64,000 nt of DNA, taken from positions 108,550 through 172,549 of the forward strand of contig JAZNER010000046.1 of assembly GCA_045588675.1 (NCBI GenBank). The letters are read 5' to 3'. The notes under the pieces were generated by a model. It searched no databases and was not told the DNA's origin. It worked only from the letters and a program-made list of their open reading frames with translations. How positions within the stretch are numbered: position 1 is the first letter of the stretch; the number at the start of each line of letters is the position of its first letter. The position numbers and the translations under genes are program-made. The stretch is from Eubacteriales bacterium. Lineage in GTDB: Bacteria; Bacillota; Clostridia; Oscillospirales; CAG-272. Below, piece by piece: positions 57,270-64,000 of this stretch.

Positions 57270-57297
57270 AATTTTACATATTTTGCAATACTTTTCA
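57270..57297 (-). promoter_or_regulatory. minus-strand promoter, third copy of the shared promoter sequence
   Basis: ttgaaa(57297-57292)-16-taaaat(57275-57270). ttttacatattttgcaatacttttcaa is near-identical to 54951-54978. Confidence 0.7.
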
Positions 57298-57365
57298 AGA
57301 ACTATCCGCAGTTTTTGTCATATTCGCTTTTGACATCTTTTACTAAAATTTAACATCTTTCGCAA

Positions 57366-57394
57366 TTGACATACAATGGGGTTTATATTATAAT
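57366..57394 (+). promoter_or_regulatory. sigma-A promoter (TTGACA-17-TATAAT)
   Basis: ttgaca at 57366-57371 and tataat at 57389-57394. Confidence 0.8.
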
Positions 57395-57431
57395 ATAATT
57401 ACTATAGAATTTTATCAAATTTGGAGGACTT

Positions 57432-57740
57432 ATGAAAAAATGTCCAATATGTCAACAGACATTTACACAATATCAATTACTGAAAAAAAGCTGCTTAAAA
57501 TCAGTGGGAAAACTCTTAGAAACTCATTTTATGGACGGCAAGGGTGTTATCAGATGTCCACACTGTAACGCACGGTTGATAAAAAAACGCTCTTTTTGGT
57601 TTATCGTTGCGTTAATTCCCTTTTGTGTATCTGCAGTATGGTATTCCATTACACATCAATATGATTTCCTTATGTATCTTTCTATTGTTTTATTTATGAT
57701 TATCTATGCAAGTTTACCATATGTTCCTTATGACAAATAA
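57432..57740 (+). CDS. zinc-ribbon membrane protein (102 aa)
   Basis: CPICQ...CPHCN followed by 2 TM helices. RBS ggagga. Confidence 0.65.
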   Translation: MKKCPICQQTFTQYQLLKKSCLKSVGKLLETHFMDGKGVIRCPHCNARLIKKRSFWFIVALIPFCVSAVWYSITHQYDFLMYLSIVLFMIIYASLPYVPYDK

Positions 57741-57817
57741 TATTTTTAAATAGATATTATTTCTTGGGATTGAAACACCTTTATTAGAGCCTTTATAATG
57801 CTATATGGAGTATAATT

Positions 57818-59053
57818 ATGAAAAAGTTACTTTTATTTATCTTAACCTTGACAATGTGTTTGTCGTCTTTAATCAGCTGTAATATATCGCCAAAAATAAG
57901 TTCTGACAAATGGGATGGTTCTATAGCCTCATCTTTTGATTCAGGTAACGGAACAGAGCACGACCCATATATAATAAAATCAGCTTCGCAGCTTGCCTAT
58001 TTAGCAACACAGGTAAATCAAGGAATAAACTATTCGGAAAAGTATTTTTTACTTGAAAATAATATTGACTTAAATAATATCGAGTGGACACCTATTGGAT
58101 ACGGAGATTATTATTTTAGTGGTTATTTTGACGGTAACGGACATACTATATCAAATCTAAAAATTAGTGATGTAAAAACATACACATCTACATATTCATA
58201 TGGAGCTTCGACAGATTGTGTTTCGGGACTTTTCGGCGTGTGCGTGGATGCAACAATTTGTAATGTAAACATAGAAAACGCCAACATTTTTGCAAAAAGT
58301 ATCAGCAAATACAATTCTTCATATATTGGGGTGTTGGCCGGATCATTTAAAGCCTCAAAAAATTGCAAAATAGATAATATCAAAGTTTCGCAATCAAATA
58401 TATCCAACATTGAAAATAATTTTGAAAATGAGCGTAGTTATTCGTGTCCGCTTTATGTGGGAGGCGCAATTGGTTTTATAGGCGTTATAGAAGAAACTCA
58501 ATTTGAAATGTCAAGAATTCAAAGTGATATTAACATTTCATTTCCCCAAACATCATCAAAAGTATATAATTATTTTGGTGGTATAGCAGGATATATTTCT
58601 AATTTGGGTAATTATAGGTGTACTGATTTTGCTTCATATTTAACACTCAATGGCCCAGAATATTCAACAAACTATGCAGGAGCCTTCAACGCATCAAACT
58701 CTAACGGCATATTTAATTTATCTAATGGTTTTTCAGAAGTTAGCATAAATAAAGTTTTGTCAGATCCTATAATCTGGCCTCATATCGCGAATGCAATTAT
58801 AGGTATAGCATATCAAGGGAAAACACAAGAGCTTACAGTACTGGGTGAATATGAATTTAAGAATCTGTTTGGATATACTAAGCCAATTGATGAGTCCTCA
58901 GAAGCCTTGTTACCTGTTTGTACTCTATACAATATGCCAAGTCACGCCACATATTCAGAAACTAATTGTCAAGTATGTACCACACTTCCCTCTAATCACG
59001 GGTTAAATAAGGATATATGGGATCTCGAATCTCCCTCTCCGCGCTTAAAATGA
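57818..59053 (+). CDS. surface lipoprotein, GLUG-motif-type adhesin/protease-like module (tentative)
   Basis: Lipobox LISC. GNGTEHDPYIIKSASQLAYLA..FLLENNIDLN..WTPIG..FSGYFDGNGHTISNL is the pattern I associate with GLUG-domain surface proteins. Confidence 0.6.
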   Translation: MKKLLLFILTLTMCLSSLISCNISPKISSDKWDGSIASSFDSGNGTEHDPYIIKSASQLAYLATQVNQGINYSEKYFLLENNIDLNNIEWTPIGYGDYYFSGYFDGNGHTISNLKISDVKTYTSTYSYGASTDCVSGLFGVCVDATICNVNIENANIFAKSISKYNSSYIGVLAGSFKASKNCKIDNIKVSQSNISNIENNFENERSYSCPLYVGGAIGFIGVIEETQFEMSRIQSDINISFPQTSSKVYNYFGGIAGYISNLGNYRCTDFASYLTLNGPEYSTNYAGAFNASNSNGIFNLSNGFSEVSINKVLSDPIIWPHIANAIIGIAYQGKTQELTVLGEYEFKNLFGYTKPIDESSEALLPVCTLYNMPSHATYSETNCQVCTTLPSNHGLNKDIWDLESPSPRLK

Positions 59054-59178
59054 TTCCTTATTTTAAAGGTTCTCGTCCTTTAGCACAATTAATTATCTGA
59101 ACATATTTTTAACAATTTCATCTATTGACATTACTAACAATTAGATTATAACTTTAAATTTAGAAAGTGAGGCCATTT

Positions 59179-61200
59179 ATGAAAAAAACAATTGCTATGC
59201 TTCTTGCTGTTATTATGTTATTTATTTCCATTTGCGGTTGCTCCCCTACTCCGCCCGTAAATCACGAGACTGACACTCAGAAACCTGCAGAAGACAACGA
59301 AACAGAATCTGCTTTGCATGAAGCTCCCGTTGAAGATTTTGAGTATAAACTGAATCACCTTGAAAATGCTATTATAATAACCAAATATATCGGGAATGAT
59401 GAGCATGTCGTCATACCCTCCGAGATAGACGGTCTTCCTGTAATCACTATTGGGTCGTACGATATTCTTGAAGGCAATTATTATGTAAATATTGGCGCAT
59501 TTCAAAATTCAAATATAAAATCCGTGGTGATTCCCGATTCGGTAACCTTTATTCAGCGCGCATTTTCTGACTGTAAATATTTGACGGAGGTCACTTTCGG
59601 TAAAAATTCGAATTTGGATACGATTGAATCAGCCTTCCAGAACTGTATATCACTTGAAGCACTCGACTTGTCAACAACTAAGCTTACTGAAATATCTAAC
59701 GACACTTTTAACGGTTGTAAAAATTTAAGGAGCATAAACATCTCTGACTCTGTCACATCTATCGGAGAAAGAGCTTTCTATGAATGTGAATCTCTTAAGG
59801 AGATCGTTCTGCCAAAAAATCTTGAAGACATAGGCAGAAATGCATTTGGATATTGTACATTGTTGAAAACAATCACTATACCCGCGAAGCTTGATATCAA
59901 CGAAGGGCTTACTCAGTCTGTTTTTCATGATGTTCCTTCGCTTGAAAAAGTAATATTTGAAGAAGGAAGAGATGAGATAAAAGGATATGCTTTTATTTCG
60001 ATAACCTCTGACGCAGAGATTATCGTTCCTGCAAGCGTTAAGAAGCTATCTTTGTGGTCGTTCTTCTTTTTAAGTCCTGCTAACGCAAAGATTGTTTTTT
60101 TAGGTGATTGTCCGGAATTTCTTAATGAAAAGCTTCATGAATTCTACGCTGTTCCTACCATATACTATGATCCCAATACTGAGGGATGGGATAATTGCAT
60201 TTTGGAAGAAGCCGGTTATACCTTGTTGCCAATAGAACAGACTGAAGACACATATGAAAGAGAAACAGATGTACAATTAAATAAATTTAACGGTTATTTC
60301 GGTAATATCAAAAAATATGATAAATGGTTAGAGTCGATGCTCGCAAGCGATGCTCATTCGACATTGGAAGTTTATTTGGAATATTTAAGCTTTTTGGCTT
60401 ATGAATTAGAAATTACCGTTGAACACGGAAAAGCTGTTTTAGATGTGGAAACACAATATAACTCGTGGAAAGAATGTTTAGAGCGTTGGGTGGACTCAAT
60501 ACATGAGATTATGATTATCGAAATGAATTCTACCAATTCCGATCCTATGGGTCAACTCGTGTTACTCATTTCCCGTTGTAATCTTTTTCGCCAAAAAGTC
60601 ATTCAATCTAAGATTTTTTTGTACAGGTATGAATTTTATTATAAATCAGCTTCAGATAACCGTAAAATTATCCTTGAAGATCCAGATATAGCTTGCTTGT
60701 TAGAGTATGATGTATTTCTATTAGATGACGAGAATAAATACACTGTTAATTCCGTCTTTGATTCGGAAACAATTGAGCTTTTAAATTATTTTAACAACAA
60801 TGCCAATGAATATCAGGCAGATTATGATGAATTGATAAACAAAGATCTGGATGAAAATGGACATGATGATTTTGGGGTTTATTTGGAGTATTTAAATTTT
60901 TGGGAAGATCTGGAGTATAAATATTCCATTTCAGCCGGAAATGATCTTCTTGAAGATTTTAATGAATATGAACAATGGAAAAATGCCGCTGATCAGTTAA
61001 AAGGCTCGTCGCAAAGTCTTTTTACTTGCGAAAAATCAATCTTAATTGGCGATTACTTTAATACTTATAATTTGCAGTATAATTTCTTTTGTCAACAAGT
61101 TCTTTGTCAAAAATTTTTCTTATGTTATAAAAATTATCAACAAATTGTAATACAAGGTGGGGATATACATGAAATATCAATTAAATGGGGCATAAAGTAA
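59179..61200 (+). CDS. BspA-type leucine-rich-repeat lipoprotein with duplicated helical C-terminal module
   Basis: Lipobox SICGC. LRR units such as IPDSVTFIQRAFSDCKYLTEVTF and ISDSVTSIGERAFYECESLKEIVLP. Internal repeat VYLEYLSF..QYNSWKE / VYLEYLNF..EYEQWKN. Confidence 0.8.
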   Translation: MKKTIAMLLAVIMLFISICGCSPTPPVNHETDTQKPAEDNETESALHEAPVEDFEYKLNHLENAIIITKYIGNDEHVVIPSEIDGLPVITIGSYDILEGNYYVNIGAFQNSNIKSVVIPDSVTFIQRAFSDCKYLTEVTFGKNSNLDTIESAFQNCISLEALDLSTTKLTEISNDTFNGCKNLRSINISDSVTSIGERAFYECESLKEIVLPKNLEDIGRNAFGYCTLLKTITIPAKLDINEGLTQSVFHDVPSLEKVIFEEGRDEIKGYAFISITSDAEIIVPASVKKLSLWSFFFLSPANAKIVFLGDCPEFLNEKLHEFYAVPTIYYDPNTEGWDNCILEEAGYTLLPIEQTEDTYERETDVQLNKFNGYFGNIKKYDKWLESMLASDAHSTLEVYLEYLSFLAYELEITVEHGKAVLDVETQYNSWKECLERWVDSIHEIMIIEMNSTNSDPMGQLVLLISRCNLFRQKVIQSKIFLYRYEFYYKSASDNRKIILEDPDIACLLEYDVFLLDDENKYTVNSVFDSETIELLNYFNNNANEYQADYDELINKDLDENGHDDFGVYLEYLNFWEDLEYKYSISAGNDLLEDFNEYEQWKNAADQLKGSSQSLFTCEKSILIGDYFNTYNLQYNFFCQQVLCQKFFLCYKNYQQIVIQGGDIHEISIKWGIK

Positions 61201-61313
61201 TATTGTGGTCTTTAAATTATAATTTATATAGAATTTTGATGTGTTGTGTGAACCATAATTAAAAGATTTGTTCATGTTTTTTATGTTATAATATTTTAAA
61301 AGGAGGGATTGCT

Positions 61314-61847
61314 ATGAAAATTTCTAAAAACAGAAAGTTAGTATTTATTGTTTTGTCAATTGTAATTTTGATTGCTTCAATTTTGCCCGTAATTATCAGT
61401 AAAGACGCTGCAATCACGAAATATTCCTTTATTTCTATCGCCTTTGCTTTCTGCTCCGTCGTTTATGCGGTAATAGCCTTTATTCTTAAGGGAAAAGGAA
61501 ATCTGTTTGTTGCAGGATATCGGTTTTGGAGATTTGTAGATTATTTGTTTGCCGAAACCGAATCATATACTAAAACCGAAGATTACAAAAAAGAATTTGA
61601 ATTTTCTGCCTTTGTTTTTTGCGCTTCTATTCCTCTATATATACCTCTCGCTTTTTTTGCTAAGAGTTTCTATGCGGCACTTTCGTCAGCACTTTTCCTT
61701 ACGCTCCTTAGAGACTTGCTAACATTTGTTTTGGTGCTGATTCCTCGCTTAATAAAGAATGCACAAGAGAAAAAGCAAGGTCGCATTAAGGACGAAGCTG
61801 ACAGAAAAGAACAGGAACGTCGTGAATCAATGGGAAAATGGAAATGA
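61314..61847 (+). CDS. membrane protein with charged C-terminal tail
   Basis: 177 aa, 4 TM. RBS aaggaggg. Confidence 0.65.
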   Translation: MKISKNRKLVFIVLSIVILIASILPVIISKDAAITKYSFISIAFAFCSVVYAVIAFILKGKGNLFVAGYRFWRFVDYLFAETESYTKTEDYKKEFEFSAFVFCASIPLYIPLAFFAKSFYAALSSALFLTLLRDLLTFVLVLIPRLIKNAQEKKQGRIKDEADRKEQERRESMGKWK

Positions 61848-61864
61848 TATAACAGAAATAAATC

Positions 61865-61958
61865 ATAATTTTATATTAAATGCGGAGGGGGTTTATGAAA
61901 CGAATTTTGGCGTTGTATTTGGTAAGTGTATTTTTTATTACGGCTTTGGTTGGATGTG
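61865..61958 (+). repeat. 94-nt RBS plus signal-peptide module, copy a
   Basis: Matches 62691-62784 at 90 of 94 positions by my manual alignment. Confidence 0.9.
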
Positions 61959-62596
61959 GACAAGCTCCGCAAGAAAAGAATGAATATGAGGAACTACATA
62001 AAGAAAATATTACGCTTTCCGAAGAAAACCGGCAAGAAATTAGCAGATTGACAGAGATATACAACTCTAATTGGGCAAATATTACGGAAAGTGATTTGGA
62101 TTTTCTGTTATATTGGGATGACTATACTTGCTATAATACGCACGATGCAGATAATCCAAGTTGTTATAGATTTTCTGTGTTAGATATGAACAGCGACGGC
62201 TTAAGCGAAATAATAGTTGAATACAACGGAGAACACTGTATTATATATTACAGTGCCGAAAAGAATAGGTTAGCGGCAGTACACTTTGGATTCAGGGGAA
62301 TGTATAACATTAATATGGATGGAACATTCTCGTGGAATGACACATCAAATCTTGGACATAAATATGGGTTGTCAAGATTAGATAAAAATATGAATGTAAT
62401 AAATTTGGTCACAATAATAAACGATGGCACAGATTTTGCCGAGTATTTTATCGGTGATGATTCTGTGACCCGAGATGAGCTTGCTCAATATACTTCCCAA
62501 TTCAGTTATAACCGCATAGAATTCTATGATGTTACTTCAGAAAATTTATCCAAATATATTACTTTTGAATCAATGTATAATGTGAATAGCAAATGA
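61895..62596 (+). CDS. lipoprotein, unknown function
   Basis: MKRILALYLVSVFFITALVGC lipobox. ATG at 61895 after a ggaggggg RBS. Confidence 0.75.
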   Translation: MKRILALYLVSVFFITALVGCGQAPQEKNEYEELHKENITLSEENRQEISRLTEIYNSNWANITESDLDFLLYWDDYTCYNTHDADNPSCYRFSVLDMNSDGLSEIIVEYNGEHCIIYYSAEKNRLAAVHFGFRGMYNINMDGTFSWNDTSNLGHKYGLSRLDKNMNVINLVTIINDGTDFAEYFIGDDSVTRDELAQYTSQFSYNRIEFYDVTSENLSKYITFESMYNVNSK

Positions 62597-62690
62597 ATAG
62601 TTTAGCCGCCCAAAGGGTCAGCTTTTTTGCAATAAAAAATGTATGTTATCTCATCATATCAGAATATGGTGTTTACGTTATAATTAATAT

Positions 62691-62784
62691 ATAATTTTAT
62701 ATTAAATGCGGAGGGGTTTTATGAAACGAATTTTGGCGTTGTGTTTGGCAAGTGTATTTTTTATTATGGCTTTGGTTGGATGTG
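62691..62784 (+). repeat. 94-nt RBS plus signal-peptide module, copy b
   Basis: See copy a. Similarity stops immediately after the lipobox Cys codon. Confidence 0.9.
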
Positions 62785-63749
62785 CTTTTCCAAACGAAAA
62801 TAATGAAGCAAACGACGATATAGCTAAACCCGAGAGAAATCTTATAGATGTCTTAGAAGATATAGCCGTTATGCGCCCCTCGCTTGATGAGTTTAAGCAA
62901 ATCTATCCTGATTGCAGAGTATTGCGTGAGGACATAGACGGTTCTTACTCTAATATAATTATTTCAACATCAAAAATGCCGAATGTTTTGTTTTCTTTTG
63001 AGCGTTATTTCGGGAAAAACGGTTATTCGGGAATATACTTGTCATCAATAAATGCAAGTGCAAGCCTCATATTACCTGAATATGTAAATATGAATATCGC
63101 AGATATTAAAAAAAACGAAGGAGAGCTCGCTTTTTATAAGGAAATTCAAAATACTGATGTTACCTACGGTGATGTATATATTTATCGAGAAAATTTTTAT
63201 TATTACATACAAGGGTATGTTCATCCATACAAGCTTGGCGAAGACGGTATGTACATAGAGCTATATGATGACAGCTTATTTTCGCCAATAGAAAATAAAT
63301 TTTCTGATATAGAAAATGCCGATTCTATAAAAGAAGTGCTTAAAAGCTTATCTGCAGAAAGATGTACTTTAAATCAATTCAAAGCAACATTTAACGATTG
63401 GCGCGTTGTTAATGAAAATGAGAATTCTATTACTATTGCTTGTGACAGATTGAAAGAAGTAGAGTTTGAATTTCAAACGATGATAGATGATCTTGGAAAA
63501 ACTCAAACAGTTCTGTCTTATATTAGTGCAAAAGCCGATCTTCTTATGACCGATTATATAGGGTTAGATAGGTATGAGCTTACAGAAGCTGGTATGGAGA
63601 TGCCTTGCAATAATGAGTTTGATTATCGTTCTCTGTTCTTATACGAGGAAGAATATTGTCTTTGCATTAATCTATATACAGATGCTTTAGAAAATGACAC
63701 GATAGTATATGTTATACCATATACAAATTCTTGGATACGCCCTTGGTAA
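62721..63749 (+). CDS. lipoprotein, unknown function
   Basis: MKRILALCLASVFFIMALVGC lipobox. The mature part is unrelated to the preceding lipoprotein. Confidence 0.75.
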   Translation: MKRILALCLASVFFIMALVGCAFPNENNEANDDIAKPERNLIDVLEDIAVMRPSLDEFKQIYPDCRVLREDIDGSYSNIIISTSKMPNVLFSFERYFGKNGYSGIYLSSINASASLILPEYVNMNIADIKKNEGELAFYKEIQNTDVTYGDVYIYRENFYYYIQGYVHPYKLGEDGMYIELYDDSLFSPIENKFSDIENADSIKEVLKSLSAERCTLNQFKATFNDWRVVNENENSITIACDRLKEVEFEFQTMIDDLGKTQTVLSYISAKADLLMTDYIGLDRYELTEAGMEMPCNNEFDYRSLFLYEEEYCLCINLYTDALENDTIVYVIPYTNSWIRPW

Positions 63750-63778
63750 ATATTTATATTAACATATAAATAATATTG

Positions 63779-63815
63779 TCCCCTGCAGAAGAATACTCCG
63801 CAGGGGATAATTTTA
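63779..63815 (+). terminator. intrinsic terminator
   Basis: Stem tcccctgc / gcagggga followed by a T-rich run. Confidence 0.75.
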
Positions 63816-63837
63816 TTTCTTTACAAAAACCGAGAAA

Positions 63838-63861
63838 CACCCACTCCCGAAGGGGTGGGTG
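63838..63861 (-). repeat. terminator hairpin, copy 3 of the shared cassette hairpin
   Basis: cacccactcc-cgaa-ggggtgggtg, 3' of the partial minus-strand ORF at the window end. Confidence 0.75.
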
Positions 63862-63892
63862 AACTACTATTAAATTTGGTAATCATAAATTG

Positions 63893-64000
63893 CTATTTAG
63901 AAGATTTTAATACAGAGCGGTGTTTTATATATACAATAAGCTTTGGGAAATACATAGATGTAATAAATAACCACAAACATCCCAATGCCCACACACCAAA
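63893..64000 (-). CDS. 3' end of a hydrophobic protein gene continuing beyond the window (tentative)
   Basis: The reverse strand reads ..FGVWALGCLWLFITSMYFPKLIVYIKHRSVLKSSK-stop (stop at 63893-63895). Followed by the shared terminator hairpin. Confidence 0.4.
   Translation of the reverse strand, partial: FGVWALGCLWLFITSMYFPKLIVYIKHRSVLKSSK

Overview
By-eye reading of about 64 kb from what looks like a low-GC, spore-forming Firmicutes (Clostridia-like) chromosome. The spore-former inference rests on dpaA/dpaB, a pdaA-like gene, GGAGG-type ribosome binding sites (RBS) and sigma-A TTGACA/TATAAT promoters. No search or folding tool was run, so every family name comes from motif recognition in the supplied translations.

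Contents: about 70 protein genes, mostly housekeeping.
- Genes recognised: proC, rlmB, prs, alaS, murE, nadE, ispD/ispF, rpiB, rpe, tsaE/tsaB, tcdA, dusB, gpmI, nagA, hslO, rqcH.
- RNA and regulatory features: one tRNA-Arg(CCU), one probable cobalamin riboswitch in front of a DUF4430 lipoprotein plus an ECF S-component, several consensus promoters, and many intrinsic terminators.
- Not seen: rRNA, CRISPR array, transposase, integrase or recognisable defence genes.

Observations most worth a second look:
1. Three (perhaps four) intergenic elements at about 33.8, 37.1 and 39.0 kb (perhaps also 42.7 kb) share an architecture. Direct copies of a locus-specific 9-mer are followed by its reverse complement, each spacer is a mini-hairpin, and each element ends in a bidirectional terminator. 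They do not share sequence.
2. A perfect promoter, a 99-nt hairpin and an intrinsic terminator form a leader in front of a YpsA/SLOG-family gene.
3. An AT-rich accessory block (54.9-64 kb) of orphan small proteins and surface lipoproteins reuses a terminator-promoter module and a 94-nt RBS-plus-signal-peptide module.
4. A tightly packed operon encodes a DUF5685 protein, a J-domain protein with a Cys-rich tail, a membrane protein and TcdA.
5. A 907-aa membrane protein has an acidic tandem-repeat N-terminus and what looks like a degenerate P-type-ATPase-like C-terminal half.

I did not find a clear-cut multi-gene novel system. The hairpin-array elements are my best candidate for something undescribed.
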